A stretch of 64,000 bases of DNA, taken from positions 2,016,615-2,080,614 of the forward strand of contig CP074575.1 of NCBI GenBank assembly GCA_018394315.1, in the 5' to 3' direction. The stretch is from Mycoplasmatota bacterium. GTDB taxonomy: Bacteria; Bacillota_I; Bacilli_A; MAG-NZ. Position numbers and translations under genes: made by a program. The stretch's first letter is position 1, and every line of letters begins with the position of its first letter. Shown here piece after piece: positions 30,382 to 44,000 of this stretch. Under the pieces are notes generated by a model. That model saw only the letters and a list, made by a program, of their open reading frames with translations. It was not told where the DNA came from and did not search any database.

Positions 30382-31359
30382 TTATCGAATTTCAAAGTAA
30401 CCATATACTTGATACTGAGGGTAGTTACCTGGACCGTAATCTTGACCATCTAGAGTTTCTCTTAAAATAGTGGTAGCTATCCTATACTCTCCTGCATTCA
30501 GTCCATAAGAGTATATGCCAAGATTATATGTTACTTCTACTGTCTCAATTTCTAGGAGTGTAAATCCAATCAGATTAAATGCAGCCCCTTCAAAATTAAT
30601 GTCTTTTACGACAGTCTTCCACACTCCATCAACTTTTTTCTCTAATGCGAAATAAAGACCATAAGTGAATTTATCATCTATGTTATTTACCAGTTTAGCC
30701 GATATTTTTGTAAATTCATTATAGAGTTCCTCTTCTATTTCCATTGTTAATCCATCAATATCGTCATATCTTTGTTCTGAGGTATACCAATATTTTTGTT
30801 GATTATCTAGACTTATATCGACTTCCCCTTGATCGTTTATACTAAAAGGGATTTTCATATCCTGACTACCCATTCCAAGGTAATCAGTTAGAATTCTATA
30901 CTCTCCTTCAGCAATCTCATCGGTGTACTCGAATAAGGAATATCTATAAATTTCTGATTCTCCAGGCTCAATAAAACTAATTACACCTGTACTTCCCTTA
31001 AAAGTTTCATCTTCTAATGTTCTCCAGGTACCAGTTTCTTTCTTTTGCAATGTGTAATCATCTCCAGGTCCAAGATCACTACTACTGTTGTTGATCCACA
31101 TTACATCTATCGCCAATACTCCTTGGTCGTATATGCTATATTCAGAGAATGCACACACAAATATTCCACATTCATTATCGAAGTTATATTCTGAAACCTT
31201 CTCATCCTTATTCTCCGTGGTGTCTACATTTGATTGTTCATCTGCTTCTCCATTCAATTGGTTGCTTGACTCATCATTATATTGATAAGAGTCTTCTTTA
31301 CATCCAAATAGTATGATACTCGATATCATTACTATAATTACTAAGAATATTTTTTTCAT
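30382..31359 (-). CDS. Lipoprotein with two related, probably Ig-like, domains
   Basis: Lipobox LFGC; repeated Y.LQKKETGTW...GEYRI / FALEKKVDGVW...GEYRI. Confidence 0.7.
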   Translation of the reverse strand: MKKIFLVIIVMISSIILFGCKEDSYQYNDESSNQLNGEADEQSNVDTTENKDEKVSEYNFDNECGIFVCAFSEYSIYDQGVLAIDVMWINNSSSDLGPGDDYTLQKKETGTWRTLEDETFKGSTGVISFIEPGESEIYRYSLFEYTDEIAEGEYRILTDYLGMGSQDMKIPFSINDQGEVDISLDNQQKYWYTSEQRYDDIDGLTMEIEEELYNEFTKISAKLVNNIDDKFTYGLYFALEKKVDGVWKTVVKDINFEGAAFNLIGFTLLEIETVEVTYNLGIYSYGLNAGEYRIATTILRETLDGQDYGPGNYPQYQVYGYFEIR

Positions 31360-31571
31360 AAAAACCTCCTAATAAATGATAGTTATTATATGGCTAATTT
31401 TACCATTTTTTCTTAACCAATATCTCTAAAAACACATACTTTACATATATTACACATTGAACTGCATTGAATTTCTATCTTTTCGATAGCTTTTTACATA
31501 ATTCGAGCGATAATTTTTGATTCTTTATTACTAAAAAAGAAAAAATCGCCCATTAGACGATTATATTTTTA

Positions 31572-31648
31572 TGGTCGGGAAGACAGGATTTGAACCTGCG
31601 ACCCCCTGGTCCCAAACCAGGTGCTCTACCAAGCTGAGCCACTTCCCG
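31572..31648 (-). tRNA. tRNA-Pro (TGG)
   Basis: CGGGAAG...CCTGG TT TGG GA CCAGG...GTTCAAATC...CCA. Confidence 0.97.
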
Positions 31649-31663
31649 ATGTAATTATTGTTA

Positions 31664-31740
31664 TGGCGCGCCCAATAGGAGTCGAACCCATAACCTCTTG
31701 ATCCGTAGTCAAGCACTCTATCCAATTGAGCTATGGGCGC
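31664..31740 (-). tRNA. tRNA-Arg (ACG)
   Basis: GCGCCCA...CTTGA CT ACG GA TCAAG...GTTCGACTC...CCA. Confidence 0.97.
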
Positions 31741-31749
31741 ACTAATTAA

Positions 31750-31825
31750 TGGCGGTCCAGACGGGAATTGAACCCGCGATCTTCGGTGTGACAGACCGAC
31801 ATGTTAACCGCTACACTACTGGACC
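31750..31825 (-). tRNA. tRNA-Asp (GTC)
   Basis: GGTCCAG...TCGGT CT GTC AC ACCGA...GTTCAATTC...CCA. Confidence 0.97.
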
Positions 31826-31838
31826 TCATTGCCTTAAA

Positions 31839-31867
31839 ATTATAGCACACGTATATTTCTAATGCAA
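31839..31867 (-). promoter_or_regulatory. Sigma-A promoter of the tRNA operon
   Basis: TTGCAT-17-TATAAT with TG extension, just upstream of tRNA-Asp. Confidence 0.8.
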
Positions 31868-31981
31868 GAGAAATTTCAACATTTTTTTAATAGATAAATC
31901 AGCGTCATTATTTGGCTCATTTATGAACAATTTAGAGTGAATACCCAAGTTAATAAAACTATAGTTTAGAGATAGAAAAGT

Positions 31982-32011
31982 AAAAAGGACTTTAGATCAA
32001 AAGTCCTTTTT
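31982..32011. terminator. Terminator downstream of the giant surface protein gene
   Basis: AAAAAGGACTT...AAGTCCTTTTT. Confidence 0.85.
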
Positions 32012-32053
32012 ATGGTTTACCCTGCGCAAAATCCATTGATTTTGATTCTATTT

Positions 32054-35000
32054 TTAAAACTTACGCTTTTCTTTTATTCTTATTACAAATAATTCAATAA
32101 CTAATACTACTAAAACAATTGGGATCGTCCAGATAATATATCTCTTGAAGTCTATCTTTGAATTATCCTCAAACGGAGTAACATCTACGATAATTTCACC
32201 ATCACTATTAATAACAACGAAATCATCTTTACTCTCCTCTACAATGCCCCCACTCTCAATCTTATAAACTAGTTCCGTTGTAAACTCATAGTCTTTGCCA
32301 TCAGGAACTATTACATAGTCAACAGAGAGTTCATTTATTACTAGAGTTTTCTCTTCATAAGCATTGACTGGAATAATTAATGGCATAGATTCAGTTTCAT
32401 GCTTTTCACGGTAATGAACAGTCATTTCCTTTACGTCTGGTCTATCTCTTAAATCAAATATAACTAAAACTACTTCTTCTTCCTCATGGACTTCCTTTTG
32501 GAACTTGACAATGTCAGTTTTAAGTACTTTATTTTCCTCGATAGCTCTATCTCTTTCTATCTCTTCTTTTAGAATATCATCATTAGAAACAATAGTAACT
32601 TCTTCTTCTTGGACGTTGATTAAGTCTTCTAAGAAATCATCACATGGAAGTTCTTCTGAAGTAAATATCCCATATTCTTGTGTTGAATTAATCAGCATTA
32701 CATGTACATACATATCTGGAGAATCAATTGATAGATATAGCTCTTTATCAAATTCGGACCAATTAGAGTTAAAATGATCTGCAAACTTGCTATTTGAGAT
32801 TGAATATTTCATTACGGTACTTTGATCATTCAGTAGCCCAGATTCAATTTCTAATTCAATCGGATCAAAATCTTCAACATAGATCATAATCGTTCTATTA
32901 GGTGACTCAATTACATTAATAATTCTCTCAGCAGTTGCCGTATTACCTGATGAATCCGAGATTGTATAAGTTAAAACGTGTCTACCTACGTTCTTTGTAT
33001 CAGCTGTCTCAGATATCCTTAAACTTTCATACAAGAATAGGTCATCGTAGTTATCACTTAATACATAACCAGGTTCATTATAAATAGAATTCACATAGAG
33101 ATCAATTTCCGTACTTCCTAGAAGTGTAATTTCAGGAGAAGTAGAATCTACCACTTCTATAGTTCTAGTTGCTTCAACTTTTCCAAATACACCTGCATAA
33201 GAATACACTAATTCATAAAATCCTATTTTGTTAGTATTTACTGAACCAATAATGTCTACTTGACTTGTTAGAATGGTACTTCCATAGCTTGCGGTATAAC
33301 CAATTTCCTCATAGTTATTACCAACTTCAACCATTACTACAGATTCTCCAAGTAAATCCAGCTCCAGTTTCTTTTTAGAGCTTGATGAACTACTTGATGA
33401 TCCTGATTCTTCAACTGGTGGGTTCTCAGGAACTGATTCAACAATGAAGTTAGCTTTCAAAGTTACATCATGACTACTCATTAAGAAGTCACTTAAGTCT
33501 TGCAGATAAGTACTTCTTCCAGAGTCATAACTCCATCCAGAGAATATATATCCGGGTTTTTCTACAAGTGGAATTAATCCTGAATCTACATATGTGTTAT
33601 AGACAACTAATCCGCTACTAATGAATGCATCATCATAATCAATAAATGTTAGCGTAAGTTCCATAATTTCATATTCTGCAGTCAAAGTAACATCATAATT
33701 TGGCATTATAAAGTCGCTTAGGTCAGGTAAATATGTTAGTCCACTATTTATCCATCCAGTTAAGCTGTACCCGACTCTCGTAGGATTCTCAGGTGTTGGT
33801 GTAGTATTATAAGCTACTAAACCGCTACTTACAAACGTATCATCAAAGTCATTATATGTTAGTGTATTTGTATTAGCTGTATACACTGCTACCATATCCA
33901 CATCTGTTGTTGCCATTGTATAGTCATTCAAATCAGTTGCGTATACTGTTGTTCCACCATCAGGTGTCCATCCTGTATGAGTATAACCAGCGATACTTGC
34001 TGATGCAGGTGGTGTTAATGTTGTTCCTAATGTATCTGTATCTACTAAACCTGATGAAATAAAAGTCGTTCCATCTTGTTCATAATGAGTTAGTGTATTT
34101 GTATTAGCTGTATATACTGCTACCATATCTACATCTGTTGTAGCCATTGTATAGTCATTCAAGTTAACCGCATATACAGTAGTTCCACCATCAGGTGTCC
34201 ATCCTGTATGAGTATAACCTGCGATACTTGTTGGTACAGGTGGTGTTAACGTTGTTCCTAATGTATCCGTATCTACTAAACTTGATGAAACAGAAGTTGT
34301 TCCATCTTGTTCATAATAAGTTAGTGTATTTGTATTAGCTGTATACACTGCTACCATATCTACATCTGTTGTAGCCATTGTATAGTCATTTAAGTTAACC
34401 GCATATACAGTAGTCCCACCATCAGGTGTCCATCCTGTTTGTGTATAACCTGCGATACTTGCTGGTACAGGTGGTGTTAACGTTGTTCCTAATGTGTCCG
34501 TATCTACTAAACTTGATGAAACAAAAGTTGTTCCATCTTGTTCATAATAAGTTAGTGTATTTGTATTAGCTGTATACACTGCTACCATATCTACATCTGT
34601 TGTAGCCATTGTATAATCATTTAAATCAGTTAAATATACAGTAGTCCCACCATCCGGTGTCCATCCTGTATGTGTATAACCTGCGATTGAAGCGGGTACA
34701 GGTGGTGTTAATGTTGTTCCTAAAGTATCTGTATCTACTGAACTAGATGAAATAAAAGTTGTTCCATCTTGTTCATAATAAGTTAGTGTATTTGTATTAA
34801 CTGTATACACTGCTACCATATCCACATCTGTTGTAGCCATTGTATAATCATTTAAGTTAACCGCATATACAGTAGTCCCACCATCAGGTGTCCATCCTGT
34901 TTGTGTATAACCTGCGATACTTGCTGGTACAGGTGGTGTTAACGTTGTTCCTAAAGTATCTGTATCTACTAAACCTGATGAAATAAAAGTTGTTCCATCT

Positions 35001-38000
35001 TGTTCATAATAAGTTAGTGTATTTGTATTAGCTGTATACACTGCTACCATATCTACATCTGTTGTAGCCATTGTATAGTCATTTAAGTTAACCGCATATA
35101 CAGTTGTTCCACCATCAGGTGTCCATCCTGTATGTGTATAACCTGCTATTGAAGCTGGTGCAGGTGGTGTTAACGTTGTTCCTAATGTATCTGTATCTAC
35201 TGAACTAGATGAAATAAAAGTTGTTCCATCTTGTTCATAATAAGTTAATGTATATGTATTAGCTGTATATACCGCTACCATATCTACATCTGTTGTAGCC
35301 ATTGTATAGTCATTTAAGTTAACCGCATATACAGTAGTCCCACCATCCGGTGTCCATCCTGTATGTGTATAACCTGCGATTGAAGCGGGTGCAGGTGGTG
35401 TTAACGTTGTTCCTAATGTATCTGTATCAACTAAACCTGATGAAACAAAAGTCGTTCCATCTTGTTCATAATAAGTTAATGTATTTGTATTTGCTGTATA
35501 TATCGCAGTTAAGTTTACATTATTTGGTGCCATTGTATAGTCATTCAAATCAGTAGAATATACAGTTGATCCACCATCAGGTGTCCATCCTGTATGTGTA
35601 TAACCTGCTATTGAAGCTGGTGCAGGTGGTGTTAACGTTGTTCCTAATGTATCCGTATCTACTAAACCTGATGAAACGAATGTTATTCCGTCTTGTTCAT
35701 AATAAGTTAAAGTGTACGTATTAGCTGTATATACCGCAGTTAAGTTTACATTATTTGGTGGCATCACAAAATCATTAAGATCAGATGCGTAAACTGTAGT
35801 TCCTCCATCTGGTGTCCATCCCGTATGTGTGTAACCGGTAATAATTGCAGGAGTTGCTGGTATTAAACTACTTCCTAATATGTCTGTTGCGACTGATTTA
35901 CTTGATATTATTGTTGTTCCATCTTGTTCATAGTAAGTTAATGTATATGTATTTGCTGTATATATCGCAGTTAAGTTTACATTATTTGGTGCCATTGTAT
36001 AATCATTAAGATCAGATGCGTAAACTGTAGTCCCACCATCCGGTGTCCATCCTGTATGTGTATAACCTGCGATTGAAGCGGGTGCAGGTGGTGTTAACGT
36101 TGTTCCTAATGTATCTGTATCAACTAAACCTGATGAAACAAAAGTCGTTCCATCTTGTTCATAGTAAGTTAATGTATTTGTATTTGCTGTATATATCGCA
36201 GTTAAGTTTACATTATTTGGTGCCATTGTATAGTCATTCAAATCAGTTGAATATACAGTAGTTCCACCATCCGGTGTCCACCCTGTATGTGTGTAACCTG
36301 CTATTGAAGCTGGTGCAGGTGGTGTTAATGTTGTTCCTAAAGTATCTGTATCTACTAAACCTGATGAAACGAATGTTGTTCCATCTTGTTCATAATAACT
36401 TAAAGTGTACGTATTAGCTGTATATACCGCAGTTAAGTTTACATTGTTTGGTGCCATAGTAAAACCATTAAGATCAGATGCGTAAACAGTAGTTCCTCCA
36501 TCTGGTGTCCATCCTGTATGAGTATAACCTGTAATAATTGCAGGAGTTGCAGGTATTAAACTACTTCCTAATGTGTCTGTTGCGACTGATTTACTTGATA
36601 TTATTGTTGTTCCATCTTCTTCATAATAAGTTAATGTATTTGCATTCGCTGTATACACTGCTACCATATCTACATCTGTTGTAGCCATTGTATAGTCATT
36701 TAAGTTAACCGCATATACAGTTGTTCCACCATCAGGTGTCCATCCTGTATGTGTATAACCTGCTATTGAAGCTGGAACAGGTGGTGTTAATGTTGTTCCT
36801 AATGTATCTGTAACTACTAAACCTGATGAAACGAATGTTGTTCCATCTTGTTCATAGTAAGTTAATGTATATGTATTTGCTGTATATATCGCAGTTAAGT
36901 TTACATTATTTGGTGCCATTGTATAGTCATTCAAATCAGTAGAATATACAGTTGATCCACCATCAGGTGTCCATCCTGTATGAGTATATCCTGCAATTGA
37001 AGCTGGTACAGGTGGTGCTAATGTTGTTCCTAATGTATCTGTATCTACTAAACTTGATGAAACGAAGGTTATTCCGTCTTGTTCATAATAACTTAAAGTG
37101 TACGTATTAGCTGTATATACCGCAGTTAAGTTTACATTATTTGGTGCCATAGTAAAATCACTAAGATCAGATGCGTAAACTGTAGTTCCTCCATCTGGTG
37201 TCCATCCTGTATGTGTGTAACCTGTAATAATTGCAGGAGTTGCAGGTATTAAACTACTTCCTGATGTGTCTGTTGCGACTAAGCTAAATGAGAATGCTGT
37301 TATTCCGTCTTGCTGATAGTAAGTTAATGTATATGTATTAGCTGTATATACCGCTACCATATCTACATCTGTTGTAGCCATTGTATAATCATTCAAATCA
37401 GTTGAATATACAGTAGTCCCACCATCCGGTGTCCATCCTGTATGTGTATAACCTGCGATTGAAGCGGGTGCAGGTGGTGTTAACGTTGTTCCTAATGTAT
37501 CTGTATCAACTAAACCTGATGAAATAAAAGTCGTTCCATCTTGTTCATAATAAGTTAATGTATTTGTATTTGCTGTATATATCGAAGTTAAGTTTACATT
37601 ATTTGGTGCCATTGTATAATCATTCAAATCAGTAGAATATACAGTTGATCCACCATCAGGTGTCCATCCTGTATGTGTATAACCCGCTATTGAAGCGGGT
37701 GCAGGTGGTGTTAATGTTGTTCCTGCTGTATCTGTATCTACTAAACCTGATGAAACGAAGGTTATTCCGTCTTGTTCATAATAAGTTAAAGTGTACGTAT
37801 TAGCTGTATATACCGCAGTTAAGTTTACATTATTTGGTGCCATAGTAAAATCATTAAGATCAGATGCGTAAACTGTAGTTCCTCCATCTGGTGTCCATCC
37901 CGTATGTGTGTAACCGGTAATAATTGCAGGAGTTGCAGGTATTAAACTACTTCCTGATGTGTCTGTTGCGACTAAGCTAAATGAGAATGCTGTTATTCCA

Positions 38001-41000
38001 TCTTGCTGATAGTAAGTCAATGTATATGTATTTGCTGTATATACCGCTACCATATCCACATCTGTTGTAGCCATTGTGTAATCATTTAAGTTAACCGCAT
38101 ATACAGTAGACCCACCATCAGGTGTCCATCCTGTATGTGTATAACCTGCTATTGAAGCTGGTACAGGTGGTGTTAATGCTGTTCCTAATGTATCTGTATC
38201 TACTAAACCTGATGAAACAAAAGTCGTTCCATCTTGTTCATAGTAAGTTAATGTATTTGTATTTGCTGTATACACTGCTACCATATCTACATCTGTTGTA
38301 GCCATTGTATAATCATTCAAATCAGTTGCGTATACAGTACTTCCACCATCAGGTGTCCATCCTGTATGTGTATAACCTGCTATTGAAGCTGGAACAGGTG
38401 GTGTTAATGTTGTTCCTAATGTATCTGTATCTACTAAACCTGATGAAACGAATGTTGTTCCATCTTGTTCATAATAACTTAATGTGTACGTATTAGCTGT
38501 ATATACCGCAGTTAAGTTTACATTATTTGGTGCCATAGTAAAATCATTAAGATCAGATGCATAAACTGTAGTTCCTCCATCTGGTGTCCATCCTGTATGA
38601 GTATATCCTGCAATACTTGCTGGTGCAGGTGGTGTTAATGTTGTTCCTAATGTATCTGTTGCGACTAAGCTAAATGAGAATGCTGTTATTCCGTCTTGCT
38701 GATAGTAAGTTAATGTATATGTATTAGCTGTATACACTGCTACCATATCCACATCTGTTGTTGCCATTGTATAATCATTCAAATCAGTTGCGTATACTGT
38801 TGTTCCACCATCAGGTGTCCATCCTGTATGTGTATAACCTGCTATTGAAGCTGGTGCAGGTGGTGTTAACGTTGTTCCTAATGTATCCGTATCTACTAAA
38901 CTTGATGAAACAAAAGTTGTTCCATCTTGTTCATAGTAAGTTAATGTATTTGTATTAGCTGTATACACTGCTACCATATCTACATCTGTTGTAGCCATTG
39001 TATAGTCATTCAAGTTAACCGCATATACAGTAGTCCCACCATCAGGTGTCCACCCTGTATGTGTATAACCAGCGATTAAAGCTGGTACAGGTGGTGTTAA
39101 TGTTGTTCCTAAAGTATCTGTATCTACTAAACCTGATGAAATAAAAGTTGTTCCATCTTGTTCATAGTAAGTTAATGTATTTGTATTAGCTGTATACACT
39201 GCTACCATATCTACATCTGTTGTAGCCATTGTATAGTCATTCAAGTTAACCGCATATACAGTAGTCCCACCATCAGGTGTCCACCCTGTATGTGTATAAC
39301 CAGCGATTAAAGCTGGTACAGGTGGTGTTAATGTTGTTCCTAAAGTATCTGTATCTACTGGAATAGATGAAATAAAAGTTGTTCCATCTTGTTCATAGTA
39401 AGTTAATGTATTTGTATTAGCTGTATACACTGCTACCATATCCACATCTGTTGTTGCCATTGTATAGTCATTCAAATCAGTTGCGTATACTGTTGTTCCA
39501 CCATCAGGTGTCCATCCTGTATGTGTATAACCTGCTATTGAAGCTGGTGCAGGTGGTGTTAACGTTGTTCCTAAAGTATCTGTATCTACTGGAATAGATG
39601 AAATAAAAGTTGTTCCATCTTGTTCATAATAAGTTAGTGTATTTGTATTAGCTGTATACACTGCTACCATATCTACATCTGTTGTAGCCATTGTATAGTC
39701 ATTTAAGTTAACCGCATATACAGTAGTCCCACCATCAGGTGTCCATCCTGTATGAGTATAACCAGCGATTAAAGCTGGTACAGGTGGTGTTAATGTTGTT
39801 CCTAATGTATCCGTATCAACTAAACCTGATGAAACAAAAGTTGTTCCATCTTGTTCATAGTAAGTTAATGTATTTGTATTAGCTGTATACACTGCTACCA
39901 TATCCACATCTGTTGTAGCCATTGTATAATCATTTAAGTTAACCGCATATACAGTTGTTCCACCATCAGGTGTCCATCCCGTATGTGTATAACCTGCTAT
40001 TGAAGCTGGTACAGGTGGTGTTAACGTTGTTCCTAATGTGTCCGTATCTACTAAACTTGATGAAACAAAAGTTGTTCCATCTTGTTCATAATAAGTTAGT
40101 GTATTTGTATTCGCTGTATATACTGCTACCATATCTACATCTGTTGTAGCCATTGTATAGTCATTCAAATCAGTTGCGTATACTGTTGTTCCACCATCAG
40201 GTGTCCATCCTGTATGAGTATAACCAGCGATACTTGCTGATGCAGGTGGTGTTAATGTTGTTCCTAATGTATCTGTATCTACTAAACCTGATGAAATAAA
40301 AGTTGTTCCATCTTGTTCATAATAAGTTAATGTATATGTATTTGCTGTATATATCGCAGTTAAGTTTACATTATTTGGTGCCATTGTATAGTCATTTAAG
40401 TTAACCGCATATACAGTTGTTCCACCATCAGGTGTCCATCCTGTATGTGTATAACCTGCTATTGAAGCTGGTACAGGTGGTGTTAATGCTGTTCCTAATG
40501 TATCTGTATCTACTAAACCTGATGAAACGAATGTTGTTCCATCTTGTTCATAGTAAGTTAATGTATTTGTATTTGCTGTATACACTGCTACCATATCTAC
40601 ATCTGTTGTAGCCATTGTATAATCATTCAAATCAGTTGCGTATACAGTACTTCCACCATCAGGTCTCCATCCTGTATGTGTATAACCTGCTATTGAAGCT
40701 GGTGCAGGTGGTGTTAACGTTGTTCCTAATGTATCCGTATCAACTAAACCTGATGAAACGAATGTTGTTCCATCTTGTTCATAATAAGTTAATGTATTTG
40801 TATTAGCTGTATACACTGCTACCATATCTACATCTGTTGTAGCCATTGTATAGTCATTCAAGTTAACCGCATATACAGTAGTTCCACCATCAGGTGTCCA
40901 TCCTGTATGTGTATAACCTGCTATTGAAGCTGGTGCAGGTGGTGTTAATGTTGTTCCTAATGTATCCGTATCAACTAAACCTGATGAAACGAATGTTGTT

Positions 41001-44000
41001 CCATCTTGTTCATAATAAGTTAATGTATTTGTATTAGCTGTATACACTGCTACCATATCTACATCTGTTGTTGCCATTGTATAGTCATTCAAATCAGTTG
41101 CGTATACTGTTGTTCCACCATCAGGTGTCCATCCTGTATGAGTATAACCAGCGATACTTGCTGATGCAGGTGGTGTTAATGTTGTTCCTAATGTATCTGT
41201 ATCTACTAAACCTGATGAAATAAAAGTCGTTCCATCTTGTTCATAATGAGTTAGTGTATTTGTATTAGCTGTATATACTGCTACCATATCTACATCTGTT
41301 GTAGCCATTGTATAGTCATTCAAGTTAACCGCATATACAGTAGTTCCACCATCAGGTGTCCATCCTGTATGTGTATAACCTGCTATTGAAGCTGGTGCAG
41401 GTGGTGTTAACGTTGTTCCTAATGTATCCGTATCTACTAAACCTGATGAAACGAATGTTGTTCCATCTTGTTCATAATAAGTTAATGTATTTGTATTAGC
41501 TGTATACACTGCTACCATATCTACATCTGTTGTAGCCATTGTATAATCATTTAAGTTAACCGCATATACAGTTGTTCCACCATCAGGTGTCCATCCTGTA
41601 TGAGTATAACCAGCGATACTTGCTGGTACAGGTGGTGTTAACGTTGTTCCTAAAGTATCCGTATCAACTAAACCTGATGAAACAAAAGTCGTTCCATCTT
41701 GTTCATAATAAGTTAATGTATTTGTATTTGCTGTATACACTGCTACCATATCTACATCTGTTGTAGCCATTGTATAGTCATTCAAGTTAACCGCATATAC
41801 AGTTGTTCCGCCATCAGGTGTCCATCCTGTATGTGTATAACCTGCTATTGAAGCTGGTACAGGTGGTGTTAACGTTGTTCCTAATGTATCCGTATCAACT
41901 AGACCTGATGAAACGAATGTTGTTCCATCTTGTTCATAATAAGTTAATGTATTTGTATTTGCTGTATATACCGCAGTTAATGTAACATTATTTGATGGCA
42001 TCACAAAATCATTCAAATCTACTGCATAACTTATTGAGCCATCTGTCCATCCTGTAAACGTGTGCCCTTCCTTTGTAGGATTGCTTGGAAGAAGACTTGG
42101 ATTACTAAGAAATGTAAAACCTGGTTCAATATATTTAACACTGTTAATTACCTGATCAGATTCAGTATTGTAAGTAATATTATACCGAGTTGTCGTTCCG
42201 AACCATTCAACCTTTTCACCATAATAACTTCCGGTTATGATATCCAAATCTCCATCACTATCAATGTCGGCCGCATATACTGCCAATGTTCCACCTGAGT
42301 TTGTTGATATCATATTTTGTTCATCTTTTGTGAAAAAACCACCTTTATTTTCATACCATGCGACTTCCTCGTCTTCGAAACTACCACCTATTACATCCAT
42401 ATCTCCATCATTATCAACATCGGCTGCATGTACACTCCAAGCTCCATCTGCACCACCAATTGAGTCTATTATAATATGCTCCGTAAATAATTGATTACTA
42501 TTTTCATACCATGCAATCGTATCATCAAGATAACTCGCGCTTAATACATCCATATCTCCATCATTATCGATGTCTACTGCATAGACTTCTTGTGCAGAAT
42601 CAGCAGTATTTGTTATTATTTTCTTTGTAAAGACAAGATTATTATTTTCATACCATGCAATCGTATCATCGTTCTGACCCGCAGACAATACATCCATATC
42701 ACCATCTGAATCTATATCTGCTGCGTATACCGATCGTACTGCGATCGCTGAACTATCTATTACATTTTTTGAATTTAAAATAAAAAATCCATTTAAATTC
42801 TCATACCAAGCGACTGTGTTATCACCCTGACTGGCGGACAATACATCCATGTCGCCATCATTATCCATATCTGCTGCATATACTGAGTATGTTTCCAATG
42901 CTGTTGATGATATTATATTTCTTGAAGAAAATTCAATATATCCTAACGTTTGATTGAATCCAAGGTTTTCGTACCACGAAATTCTGTTGTCATTCCTACC
43001 ACCGCTTAATACGTCAATATCACCATCATTATCTATATCTGCTGTATAGACTGAGGTTGCTCCATCAGATAAACCAACTACATGTTCTGTTAAATTACCT
43101 GAACCATCATTTTCATACCATGAGATTGCATCATCACTACCACTCGCGCTTAATACATCAATATCTCCATCATTATCTATATCTGCCGCGTGTACATCTC
43201 GTGTTGACATACCTGATGTAGTTGTAATTTGATGTTTAGTGTAAGATCCTACTTGTACCTCAGCTTTTACTCTAAATTCTGTAACATAAGAAAATACTGA
43301 ACTGGTATCAGCTTTTTTCACTTGATCAGTCACGTATACTCTAATTACTTCTCCTGGTAAAAAATTATTAGTTGGATTTATTGTTAGAAGTTTATTAAGA
43401 GCATCATAGCTACTTGAATAAGTATATTCACTGCTATTTTCGCCTACAATCTTTAATGTTGATTCATTAATAGTGCTTGGATCTATTGCCCATGGAAAAG
43501 TGATTGATATATCTGCATCATATAAAACACCAATTTCATTTACATCTGGTACAGTTTTATAGGTTGCTGCTCCAAACCAAGCAATCGTGTTATCAGTCTG
43601 CATTGCAGATATTATATCTATATCCCCATCTGAATCCATATCTGATGTATGGATAGATATTGCACCACCTGCAGATGTTGTAATCACATTCTGTTCGTCC
43701 TGAGTGAAATACCCACCTTTGTTTTCATACCATGCTATCGTATTATCTAAAATACTAGCGCTTATTACATCCATATCGCCATCGGAATCAAAATCTACAG
43801 CTCGAATGTCCCATGCACCATCAGCACCACCATCTACATCGATGATTATATTTTTTTCATCCTGAGTAAAATATCCACCTTTATTTTCATACCAAAGGAT
43901 TGAATCGTCGCCTTTACTTGCACTTAGTACATCCATATCACCATCATTGTCTAAATCGGCTGCGTAGACAGATCTTGCACTAATCAATCCTGTCATTATC

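Noticed and set aside
33878..41962. Regular repeat array considered as CRISPR or a DGR template/variable repeat
   Set aside because: Contiguous in-frame 231-bp coding units with no unique spacers; no cas or reverse transcriptase gene in the window
35350..41985. Series of similar short plus-strand ORFs (MFHHQVSIL...)
   Set aside because: Antisense shadows of the coding repeat; no RBS and inconsistent ends
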